64,000 nucleotides of DNA, from positions 138,142 through 202,141 of the IMG/VR virus record IMGVR_UViG_3300032236_001024. One strand, given 5' to 3'. Every line of letters starts with the position of its first letter. Within the stretch, counting starts at the first letter, position 1. Below the pieces are notes generated by a model. The model was not told where the DNA came from. It ran no database searches and was given only the letters and a program-made list of their open reading frames with translations. The position numbers were made by a program, and so were the translations under genes. The stretch comes from a virus. Its lineage: Duplodnaviria > Caudoviricetes. Below, piece by piece: positions 9,590 through 17,783 of this stretch.

Positions 9590-11620
9590 TTAAAATTTAA
9601 TCTTCAATCCAACCATACCAACAGCGGCAGTATATTCCTTGCCTTTATCAAATCCACCAGTTAAATCAAAATATACATCCTTAAAGATTTCATTTTTAAC
9701 AGAAGCACGAATTTGTCCTACTGTTTTGAAATCCTTAGATTGTGTTACTCTGGTTTCTACACCAAACCAATCAATATCATATCTGACACCAACGTATGGA
9801 GTATAAGTGAATGAACTATCTTTTTCTGGAAGTGTTGAAAGAAGTGGTGAACCAGTTTCAACAGCTGATGAAATCATTGATTTATTCAATGTAACACCAA
9901 CAAGTGGTCTGAATCCACTATAATCTTCTCCAGAATAAAAAGTAAAATCAGCATAATAGTTCTTTACTTTTACCTTGCTTGAGTTGGCAAGAGCAAAGAT
10001 TGGAAGTGAAATTGATGTATTATAGTCAGTCACACCAAATCCAATAGATGCTTTTGTCCATACTTCGCTTTGCTTGTTGAGAATATAAGCAGTAGCGCCA
10101 TATGAATCAGAACCAGAAGTTGTGTTTAGATATTCATGACTATTTGACTTGTTAAATGTGCCAGCAATACCTAAAGTATTATTCTCAATTGTATTTTGAG
10201 CACCAAATCCAAGTGAACTATTACGAATTGTTCCACCAATCTTGGCATATCCCAATGAAGGAGTTGTCCATGCACCATCTTTTGTTGAAATTACATCAAC
10301 TAAAAATGGATTAAAATTACGGACAGCAATCGCATCTTTTAATCCAGCTGCGGAAACAGAAGCAGTTTGATTGGAAGAAGTAGAACGAACAATATTATCT
10401 CTTACAGTAGTAACAATAACTTCATTAGTTGTCACTGGTGTTTGTACAACTACATTAGTAGTAGATGTAGTTACAACAGGAGTACCATCAGTAGAAGTTG
10501 TTGAATTATCAGAATATGTGGTTACTGTAACAGGTATTGTAGTTGTAGTTGTAGTTCTTGGAGTAGTAGCTGTAGTCACAACAGTAACTGGTGTAGTTGC
10601 TGTATTTACAACAGTTCTTGGTGTTGTTCCAACAACAGTAGTAGTTCTAGTTATATCAATTGTCTTTGGTGTTTTAGCAGCAACATCACGATTACTTGAT
10701 GTATATGTTGTTGGTGCAAGTGTTGTAGTTGATACTGTAGTAGTTATTCCTCTTGTAGTAGTAGAGGATGTAGTTGTAGTACCATTAGAAGAACTTGAAG
10801 ATACTTTTGGTGTTCCAGCTGCAGTACTTACTACAGTTGGAGGTGGTGGTGTTCCAGTATTACCGTTTTGAGCAGCTGCGCCATTACCATTAGCACTAAT
10901 TGTTCCGCCAACAGTACCAGCAACAATACCCTTAATGATATCGTCGAGTGCAGTTACGTTTTGCTTTTGTGCAGTAGTAGCTGTTGCTGCGGTGCTGAAA
11001 CGAGTAGAATCGAGCCAATTTGTATCAGCAACTGTAACAATAGTACCTGTTACACCTTGACCAAGATTACCAGCACGACCAATCCATGACATACCAGAAA
11101 CAGCACCAGCACCGTCAGAAATAAGTGGAATGCCTTGACTATTTACGATAGCAGAAACAGCTGCATAGTTAACAGTGATGCCAGCAGTCATATACTTTGT
11201 ATTAACATTGCTGGATACATTGTTTGTCATAGCAGAATTTGCACCGATAGTGGTAGTTCCACCACCTAGATTAGTAATAAGTGCAGCAACTGAATTATTT
11301 CTTGCCTGACAACAACCAGGATTTTCAGTTACGAAATAAGCAAAACCGCCATTTGTAACATATGTCTGATACTTTGTTTGTTCACTAGCAGTCAAAGCAG
11401 CAGAATATCTTAAGTCCCAAACTTGTTGATATGTGCTTGTGGCAGTTGGAATTTGTGCAAGGTCTGTAGTTACAGTTACTGTATGACCAGCAGCTTCTAG
11501 TCTGCCCTTGACGTTATTAGTAACTTGATCGTATTGTGCATCGATAACAAGAACATTATCGGCATATGCAGTTGTTATGAGTGCGAATAGCATAGCTATC
11601 GCAGTTAATATCTTTTTCAT
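9590..11620 (-). CDS. autotransporter-like outer-membrane protein with Thr-rich stalk
   Basis: Signal peptide MKKILTAIAMLFALITTAYA, globular N-domain, long Thr/Val-rich linker, C-terminal amphipathic beta-strands ending GLKIKF. Confidence 0.7.
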   Translation of the reverse strand: MKKILTAIAMLFALITTAYADNVLVIDAQYDQVTNNVKGRLEAAGHTVTVTTDLAQIPTATSTYQQVWDLRYSAALTASEQTKYQTYVTNGGFAYFVTENPGCCQARNNSVAALITNLGGGTTTIGANSAMTNNVSSNVNTKYMTAGITVNYAAVSAIVNSQGIPLISDGAGAVSGMSWIGRAGNLGQGVTGTIVTVADTNWLDSTRFSTAATATTAQKQNVTALDDIIKGIVAGTVGGTISANGNGAAAQNGNTGTPPPPTVVSTAAGTPKVSSSSSNGTTTTSSTTTRGITTTVSTTTLAPTTYTSSNRDVAAKTPKTIDITRTTTVVGTTPRTVVNTATTPVTVVTTATTPRTTTTTTIPVTVTTYSDNSTTSTDGTPVVTTSTTNVVVQTPVTTNEVIVTTVRDNIVRSTSSNQTASVSAAGLKDAIAVRNFNPFLVDVISTKDGAWTTPSLGYAKIGGTIRNSSLGFGAQNTIENNTLGIAGTFNKSNSHEYLNTTSGSDSYGATAYILNKQSEVWTKASIGFGVTDYNTSISLPIFALANSSKVKVKNYYADFTFYSGEDYSGFRPLVGVTLNKSMISSAVETGSPLLSTLPEKDSSFTYTPYVGVRYDIDWFGVETRVTQSKDFKTVGQIRASVKNEIFKDVYFDLTGGFDKGKEYTAAVGMVGLKIKF

Positions 11621-11679
11621 ATATTGCTCCTTATGATTGATACATATCAAATAATATCATCACATCATAACGAACATAG

Positions 11680-11687
11680 TATTTATA
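11680..11687 (-). promoter_or_regulatory. T4-type late promoter TATAAATA
   Basis: Exact match ~60 nt upstream of the autotransporter-like start. Confidence 0.6.
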
Positions 11688-11692
11688 TAAGA

Positions 11693-11768
11693 TGGTAGTC
11701 CGTGACGGGATCGAACCGCCGACACTCTGCATGTAAAGCAGACGCTTCTACCTCTGAGCTAACGGACC
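11693..11768 (-). tRNA. tRNA-Val(UAC)
   Basis: TCTGC-TT-TAC-AT-GCAGA anticodon arm, T-arm, encoded CCA. Confidence 0.95.
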
Positions 11769-11773
11769 AAATT

Positions 11774-12412
11774 TTACATTAACTTATCTACAAATTCTAA
11801 AAGCAATTGGTGATGTTCACCTTTATGCCAGAATTTATTTATATACTTATATTGATCTTCATACCAAAATTCTTCACTCTCTGGATGACAACCAATCAAT
11901 CCTATATTACCCTGAATGATTGCCATTGGCTCATCATTAGAATATTTGGCTATAGTATCATAATATCCAGACCCTGTAAAGGTGCAACCATCATAAAAGA
12001 ACATTTTTTGTTTCTGACCTAGCCATTCTATATCAGCAACAGTTCCGTAACTTCGTTTTATGTCAGATGTTGGACGCTTAATATATTGTACTGCGTCTAC
12101 ATCTTTAAGGAGATCAAAATATCTAGACCCAGCCCAATAAGCACCCATACAAATACCCACATACCTGCCGCCTCCATCAACAAACGATGCAATTTTGTTA
12201 GCTTTAGTACGTGTAAAAAAATCGAAATAGGAATCAGAATCACCAATCCCACCAGGAAAAAGAATCCCATCAGACTCATTTAAAACCTCGTCCAGATCAT
12301 CATTAATAGTAAATATTTTAATTTCATATTTTGGTGATAAAGATTTTATCATTCCATCACAACATTGTCTGGAACATTCAGGATGATGCTGAAACAAAGC
12401 TATTCTTTTCAT
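11774..12412 (-). CDS. BPL_N / class I glutamine amidotransferase-like protein
   Basis: FPGG, YVGICMGAY nucleophile elbow, GCHPE. Confidence 0.75.
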   Translation of the reverse strand: MKRIALFQHHPECSRQCCDGMIKSLSPKYEIKIFTINDDLDEVLNESDGILFPGGIGDSDSYFDFFTRTKANKIASFVDGGGRYVGICMGAYWAGSRYFDLLKDVDAVQYIKRPTSDIKRSYGTVADIEWLGQKQKMFFYDGCTFTGSGYYDTIAKYSNDEPMAIIQGNIGLIGCHPESEEFWYEDQYKYINKFWHKGEHHQLLLEFVDKLM

Positions 12413-12450
12413 GATATCTCCATCTTATGATGGTATTTATGATATTTATT

Positions 12451-12536
12451 TGGTGGGAAGAGATGGATTCGAACCAACTCACCTATAAGGAACGGTTTTA
12501 CAGACCGTCGCATCTCTCCAACTATGCCGCCTTCCC
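12451..12536 (-). tRNA. tRNA-Tyr(GUA)
   Basis: ACGGT-CT-GTA-AA-ACCGT, long variable arm, CCA. Confidence 0.95.
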
Positions 12537-12542
12537 ATAATA

Positions 12543-12618
12543 TGGTGCTGCCAGAGAGATTCGAACTCCCGACAACCTGATTACTAATCAGGTGCTCTAC
12601 CAACTGAGCTATGGCAGC
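12543..12618 (-). tRNA. tRNA-Thr(AGU), rare A34 anticodon
   Basis: GCTGCCA/TGGCAGC acceptor (G1-C72, C2-G71), CCTGA-TT-AGT-AA-TCAGG, CCA. Confidence 0.92.
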
Positions 12619-12769
12619 ATTTTAGTGCAAAAAGAATGAAAGAAATGTAAGTACGAAAATAGGCATCCAAAACAGGAAAGCTACAATTCTACTCACTTCA
12701 AAAGCAGCTTCTGCTTTTTTTATAAGATTATCTTTATCGTATACAAACAATTTCTTTACTCCTAAATTT

Positions 12770-12846
12770 TGGTGCCCCAAGTTGGATTCGAACCAACAAC
12801 CCTCAGTTTCTAAGACTGATACCTCTACCAATTGGGCTATAAGGGC
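12770..12846 (-). tRNA. tRNA-Leu(UAG) with short variable region
   Basis: TCAGT-CT-TAG-AA-ACTGA, Leu-type D-loop AATTGGTAG, A73, 5-nt variable region, CCA; 77 nt. Confidence 0.88.
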
Positions 12847-12850
12847 ATTA

Positions 12851-13678
12851 TTAGATATTTATACCATACTTTTCAAAGATTGTCAATACCTCTGGATCAA
12901 TAGAATTTCTGTCTGCAGGTAAAAGAACATTGCCTCTGGTATCAGAAAAAACATCCTTACCATTTTTAATATTATCAACAATATTGTTAATATCTCTTAC
13001 TCGTTCACTATTAAATTCTTGATGTGAGTAAGTTATTATTTTATGTTGAATAGTTTCAGGTGATCCCCAGAAACTAAGATGCCAACCTCCACCATATATG
13101 AATGGTATCTGGTGTCCCCAACGACTTTCTCTTATCCATTGAGGACCATTTTGTTTTGCTATTCTATTTGTACAAAGAACAGTTCCAAAACAGTCGTTCT
13201 CTTGCAAATAGTTAAAATTGTAATAAAACATATCTTGTTTGAAGCCAATCATAGGATTGTATTCATAATCGATATGTTGTAATGCCATATCTATTCCATA
13301 CTTGGAAGGAATTTCATCAGCATCACCTATTAATACAAGAGCATCATCTTCAAAAAATTCTAATGCCTTTGCAATATGATTCCTTTGATATTGCTCTACT
13401 GCCCAATATCCTGTATCTCGACTTCCTGGGTCTAGGGCATATTGTCGCAAAGAAAAATCATAATTGTTTTTGTTTATAAAAACTGGATAATAAAATATCT
13501 TGTCAATATAATTTTTATATCTATTGATGTTGTCTAAAAAATTTAACGATTTATCAGCACCATTAAAACTTATATTAGCCTCAACTATAATAAATTTATC
13601 AACTTTATCATATAGATATTCTAATCTACCTTCAAGTATATCATACTCAGTTGAAAACATAAAACAATCAAGTAACAT
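12851..13678 (-). CDS. glycosyltransferase family 17-like
   Basis: DCFMFSTEYDILEGRL, VEQYQRN, GDADEIP, GGWHLSFWG. Confidence 0.85.
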   Translation of the reverse strand: MLLDCFMFSTEYDILEGRLEYLYDKVDKFIIVEANISFNGADKSLNFLDNINRYKNYIDKIFYYPVFINKNNYDFSLRQYALDPGSRDTGYWAVEQYQRNHIAKALEFFEDDALVLIGDADEIPSKYGIDMALQHIDYEYNPMIGFKQDMFYYNFNYLQENDCFGTVLCTNRIAKQNGPQWIRESRWGHQIPFIYGGGWHLSFWGSPETIQHKIITYSHQEFNSERVRDINNIVDNIKNGKDVFSDTRGNVLLPADRNSIDPEVLTIFEKYGINI

Positions 13679-13687
13679 ATTAAACCC

Positions 13688-14725
13688 TTATATCAATTCT
13701 TTAAGTTTATTTTCTAATGCATTTATTCTATTATCATGAATTTCATTTTTGTTTTGATCAGAAAGATTGCACAACTCAATTGTAATAAAATCAGATAAAA
13801 CCTTTGAATCATAACCATTCGTATTATTTATAAGAGTGTTCATTCTATTTTTCATGTTACAAAATTCATATACTAAATGTTCTGCATAAGGTCCAATCAA
13901 TTCTCTTATCACATCTCTAGTAATATCTGGATTACTATAATTAAATGATTCAGTTCCATATATCGAATGATACAATCCAGCCAAAAGAACTTCATCAGAA
14001 ACTTTATTCTTTCTGTTCTCCAAACTCAACATAGTGCCAAAAAGATGTTCGAAAAACGATCTACCACTATGCTTCACATCAGAAGAAATTTTTGTGATGA
14101 ACTTCATCTGTGGACATACAATAGCAGGATCAATAGTTTTAATAACAAGAACAGACCTTAACACTGTACATGCTCTTGATAATGGTCTAGAAGCATGAAG
14201 TGTCTTTGATTCAAATATAAAAACTTTACCCAATCTTGGTAGAACTGATGCTACAATCTCATTCGATTCATCAGTCTTCAAATTCTCATATATAACAGTT
14301 TCTCCACCCCAATCTATATTCCATGTTGGGTTGAGATAAATTACAGCTGTTTCAGAAAGAGCAGATTCGCCGTACTTTTTAATTATCCATGAATCATCTT
14401 GGTGAGCATATCCTTCAGTACCAAAAGTATATCCATTGATATACGTTCTATAAAATCCTCTAGAACCAATCACAGACTGAATGATCTGCCATATTTTATT
14501 AATCTCAGGATAATTATTCAGATAAGGAGTATCATTATGATCACATGGGATACGAGTGCTATTTGTTATAAGTAATTTATTCCAATGCCCCTGATCATAT
14601 GACTTATTATTATTGGATCGCCATCCATATGTGAGACCAGTATTAACATACTTCCTGCGGACTGTATTAGTTAATTCTAGATCATCACCTTCCAATTGGA
14701 AGACAGCACTTTTTACACTGTTCAT
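13688..14725 (-). CDS. 2OG-Fe(II) oxygenase fused to a DUF6817-like domain
   Basis: HQD, IYLNPTWNIDWGGET, LHASRP...R; C-terminal HSGRSFFEHLFGT and AGLYHSIYGT. Confidence 0.75.
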   Translation of the reverse strand: MNSVKSAVFQLEGDDLELTNTVRRKYVNTGLTYGWRSNNNKSYDQGHWNKLLITNSTRIPCDHNDTPYLNNYPEINKIWQIIQSVIGSRGFYRTYINGYTFGTEGYAHQDDSWIIKKYGESALSETAVIYLNPTWNIDWGGETVIYENLKTDESNEIVASVLPRLGKVFIFESKTLHASRPLSRACTVLRSVLVIKTIDPAIVCPQMKFITKISSDVKHSGRSFFEHLFGTMLSLENRKNKVSDEVLLAGLYHSIYGTESFNYSNPDITRDVIRELIGPYAEHLVYEFCNMKNRMNTLINNTNGYDSKVLSDFITIELCNLSDQNKNEIHDNRINALENKLKELI

Positions 14726-14759
14726 ATATAATTCCTCATTTTCACCGTATTCGTATTTA

Positions 14760-14767
14760 TATAAATA
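14760..14767 (+). promoter_or_regulatory. late promoter TATAAATA (overlaps a minus-strand copy at 14754-14761)
   Basis: TATTTATATAAATA gives exact matches on both strands between divergent genes. Confidence 0.6.
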
Positions 14768-14795
14768 TTTGAATAATCATATAGGGCAATCATAA

Positions 14796-15704
14796 ATGTG
14801 TACAATTGTTGCAAAATATTTTAAGAAAACTGGTTGGGTTTTAGCCAAGAATCGTGACCAAGATTATGTTTCTCAAATATCTTTTGAAGACGAAAAGGAC
14901 AAAAAAGTTGGCGAAATACTTCTTATGTATGACTATGAAACAAAATACAAAGAAGGTATGAATTATAAAGGACTAGTCATAATAACAACCAGTCTTACAC
15001 CTACTCTTCTTGGTGAAACAAACGGAAAAGATGGAAAAAATATAGAAATTGCACTCCATATGACTGATCCAATGGAGGCTGCAAAGTTTTTAGTCAAAAA
15101 TAAAATGACTGGTTATATTTTCTGTGCGACACCAGAAAAATTAGTTTTAGTCGAAGCAGCAAAAACTGATCAGGGAAAAGGCGAATATCATAGTACAATT
15201 CGTGAAGTTTCAAAGACTGAAGTTGTAGCTCGCACAAATCATGGAATTGATTTTGAATGGGCAGGATTCCAATATGGCGTCATGAAACAACAAGACATTT
15301 GGAGAAAATCTAGCGAAATGCGTATGGAACAAGCATTAAAGGCAACCAAAAATTGTAAGGATGCCAAAGAAATGATTGAAGCCATGTCTAGTAAAATGAC
15401 TAAAGACTTGCAATTCAATGTCTTTAGAGTAGAAAATAAACCAAGACAAATGCGTACAATATTTCAATCAGCTTATGTTCCATCTGAAACAGTATTAATA
15501 ATCAGACCAATTCAATGCAAGATGGATGTTAACGTAAGCCGTGAAAAAATCCATATTGAAATTCTTGACAACACAGAACTACATAAAATTTATGATGGAA
15601 GAATAAAACACTTCTCAAAAATCGTACAAAAGAGTGATGAAGAATTCAAAACTGTTGTTCAAGAAGAACAATTTTTAGGATTTAGAGAATACGTAAATTA
15701 TTAA
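14796..15704 (+). CDS. N-terminal nucleophile (Ntn) hydrolase-like protein
   Basis: M-C-T start, LAKNRD, ARTNHG. Confidence 0.7.
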   Translation: MCTIVAKYFKKTGWVLAKNRDQDYVSQISFEDEKDKKVGEILLMYDYETKYKEGMNYKGLVIITTSLTPTLLGETNGKDGKNIEIALHMTDPMEAAKFLVKNKMTGYIFCATPEKLVLVEAAKTDQGKGEYHSTIREVSKTEVVARTNHGIDFEWAGFQYGVMKQQDIWRKSSEMRMEQALKATKNCKDAKEMIEAMSSKMTKDLQFNVFRVENKPRQMRTIFQSAYVPSETVLIIRPIQCKMDVNVSREKIHIEILDNTELHKIYDGRIKHFSKIVQKSDEEFKTVVQEEQFLGFREYVNY

Positions 15705-15707
15705 TAA

Positions 15708-15785
15708 TGGTGCATCAGGAAGGATTCGAACCTTCAACCTTCGGTTTCGAAGACCGCTGCTCTCATCCAGTTGAGCTACTGATGC
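15708..15785 (-). tRNA. tRNA-Arg(UCG)
   Basis: CGGT-CT-TCG-AA-ACCG, A20 in D-loop, CCA. Confidence 0.9.
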
Positions 15786-15981
15786 TGAATAAATTATCAA
15801 CCAATCCTTTAGCTTCTTCTTCAGTAAATTCCTGCAAGAAAATACGAAAAGATGCCTGACACATATTAGATGCAAGAAGAAGTAATTCATTTCTATCATT
15901 AGTCATATATATTTGCATTTCAATTGGTGCAAATAATTCTTGTTTCCTCTTCAATAGACTTTGTATCTGTTTTTCATCCAT
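15763..15981 (-). CDS. hypothetical protein; 3' end overlaps tRNA-Arg
   Basis: 72-aa ORF whose stop codon lies inside the tRNA 5' part. Confidence 0.6.
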   Translation of the reverse strand: MDEKQIQSLLKRKQELFAPIEMQIYMTNDRNELLLLASNMCQASFRIFLQEFTEEEAKGLVDNLFSISSSTG

Positions 15982-15997
15982 TATAACAACCTATTTT

Positions 15998-16075
15998 TGG
16001 AGGGGAAGATGGGAGTCGAACCCACCTAAAAAGGTTTTGCAGACCTTGCCATAACCGCTCTGGACTCACTTCCCC
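15998..16075 (-). tRNA. tRNA-Cys(GCA)
   Basis: AAGGT-CT-GCA-AA-ACCTT, U73, CCA. Confidence 0.9.
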
Positions 16076-16085
16076 GTATAAATGA

Positions 16086-16158
16086 TGGTGGAGTAAGTGG
16101 GACTCGAACCCACCTCAGATTCCTTGCAAAGGATTCCTGCTTGCCCTGAGCCTACCCC
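16086..16158 (-). tRNA. atypical tRNA-Ala(UGC), shortened D region
   Basis: G3-U70 pair, loop TT-TGC-AA, intact T-arm, CCA; 73 nt with the 8/9 connector apparently missing. Confidence 0.7.
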
Positions 16159-16167
16159 AATTCTTAT

Positions 16168-17598
16168 TTAGTAATCGTAACGCTCATTCATGATAGTCTT
16201 GAGCATGATTGCTTCTGGAGTGAAATCATCCATATCAGCTGCAAGAACTGACTTGACGATTGCAGGAGAGAAACCAGAAACAAGAGCAGCACCACGAGTA
16301 TCATACTTCACAGGTACGTTGTCGTTAGCATTAAGGTTCCAGAAGATGATATTAGGCACCTTATAACCAGCTTCAGTATACTTGCGAGCAATCATTTCCA
16401 TTGCAGAATCATCATGGTGAGTGCACTGATCAAACTGCATATCAGAAAGGATCAACAAAGCTTCAGGCATTTCCTCTTGAGGAACATTACCATTCTTTGC
16501 AACAACAAGGATATTATCCAAAGCCATATGAAGATTGGTGTTCATTTCCCACTTCGAAGTCACCATCTGCTTGATCTTGTCGAGGATGTTGCCACGAAGA
16601 TTAAGCAACTGAGGCTGTGAAGAAAACGTTAGGAACGTATCTTTGAACTTACCTTTGTTCTTGTCAGCAAGATACAGACCCAGTGAGACTGCAACTTCAA
16701 GACAAGTTACAGTAGACTTCGACTGCCAACCACCAGCTTTTGTAGTCATTGATCCAGAAACGTCAACTAGAGGAAGGATGTTAGCATCGCCAATATAGTT
16801 AGGCAAAGCTTCCCACTGAGCAAGGATATGATTCAAATTATGCTGATCATAATGATCATAATGATTAATCATACCCTTCAGCACATCATAAGGATACACT
16901 GCACCAGCGTTAACCTTGACTTCCTTCTTGACTTCAGGATCAGTCGAAACGAGAGCAGCAGTCCATTCCTTATACTTTTCAGTATGACGAGAGAACGCCT
17001 TCTTATAACGACCAGAAGCAACAGAAGGAACATGGTTGAAGTTGATGTTATCCCAATCATTGGCGCACATCTGAGTTTCAACAACCTTAGTCAGTTCAAC
17101 CAGACGTTTACGATAGAACTTAGGAGTCCAACCAAGGTGGTTACGAAGCTTCACAGCTACTTCACCTTGACGAGGCATCCACTTAGCACAGAGACCATTT
17201 GAATCCTCAAGGGCATAACGAATTTGTTCAAACGCATAGTATTCAGCACGAGTGCCAACAAGAACCAACAGATCATCCCAGCGTCCAAGTTCAGGAACCT
17301 TACGCATCATAATCATACAATAGTCCAAATCTTCCTTAGCGAGATCAACAAGGATATCACGAAAAATCTTGCGTTCTCCTGCACCTCCACGAACGTCACG
17401 AGCCCAAAGTGCAACACGAGTTGCAAGATCAAGGTTCTCAACACGAGCAGCAGTCCATGAAGGAATTACATCCTTGCCACGCATAGCACCAATCTTAAAG
17501 AAAAGATCAGTAACTGCGTTGGCAGTGGACTTACGAGCCTTCATACCATTCTGGGTACGAACCTCTTGATTGATTACAGCATTCACGAAGGTATTCAT
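16168..17598 (-). CDS. Ro60/TROVE-like RNA-binding protein with vWA domain (DUF2828-type)
   Basis: LWARDVRGGAGER, GRWDDL, AKWMPR, VDVSGSM (MIDAS), LILSDMQFD, IFWNL, LVSGFSP. Confidence 0.85.
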   Translation of the reverse strand: MNTFVNAVINQEVRTQNGMKARKSTANAVTDLFFKIGAMRGKDVIPSWTAARVENLDLATRVALWARDVRGGAGERKIFRDILVDLAKEDLDYCMIMMRKVPELGRWDDLLVLVGTRAEYYAFEQIRYALEDSNGLCAKWMPRQGEVAVKLRNHLGWTPKFYRKRLVELTKVVETQMCANDWDNINFNHVPSVASGRYKKAFSRHTEKYKEWTAALVSTDPEVKKEVKVNAGAVYPYDVLKGMINHYDHYDQHNLNHILAQWEALPNYIGDANILPLVDVSGSMTTKAGGWQSKSTVTCLEVAVSLGLYLADKNKGKFKDTFLTFSSQPQLLNLRGNILDKIKQMVTSKWEMNTNLHMALDNILVVAKNGNVPQEEMPEALLILSDMQFDQCTHHDDSAMEMIARKYTEAGYKVPNIIFWNLNANDNVPVKYDTRGAALVSGFSPAIVKSVLAADMDDFTPEAIMLKTIMNERYDY

Positions 17599-17616
17599 TT
17601 CACTTTCTCCTTTTCT

Positions 17617-17675
17617 ACAGATTCAACTTTTGTTTGTTTTCAAGACAAATTTTGGTTTGTTGCGGAACTGAATCT
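17617..17675 (-). ncRNA. Y-RNA-like unit 1 (abuts the TROVE gene RBS)
   Basis: AGATTCAG-TTCCGCAA...TTGAATCT-GT closing stem; shares motif with units 2 and 3. Confidence 0.6.
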
Positions 17676-17682
17676 AAACTCA

Positions 17683-17775
17683 ACAGGATACACTTACTGT
17701 GGATTCGAACCACTAAGTCTGATTAAAAGTCAGATTGATAACCAATATCAAGTAATTGTTTGCTGAAGGTATCCT
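17683..17775 (-). ncRNA. Y-RNA-like unit 2 with tRNA-Lys(UUU)-like cloverleaf
   Basis: AGGATAC/GTATCCT stem, CTTCAGCAA bulge, then TTACT/AGTAA, D-like TGATA-TTGGT-TATCA, TCTGA-CTTTTAA-TCAGA, GTGG-TTCGAAT-CCAC; no CCA. Confidence 0.75.
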
Positions 17776-17783
17776 AAAACTCA

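Noticed and set aside
10371-11089. Plus-strand Val-rich ORFs (166 aa, 73 aa)
   Set aside because: Antisense shadows of the Thr-rich autotransporter codons; no RBS or promoter.
12409-12603. 64-aa ORF MVEHLISNQ...
   Set aside because: It is a translation of the tRNA-Thr and tRNA-Tyr genes. The same applies to 15675-15899, 31547-31741, 31647-31838 and 41320-41505, which overlap tRNAs.
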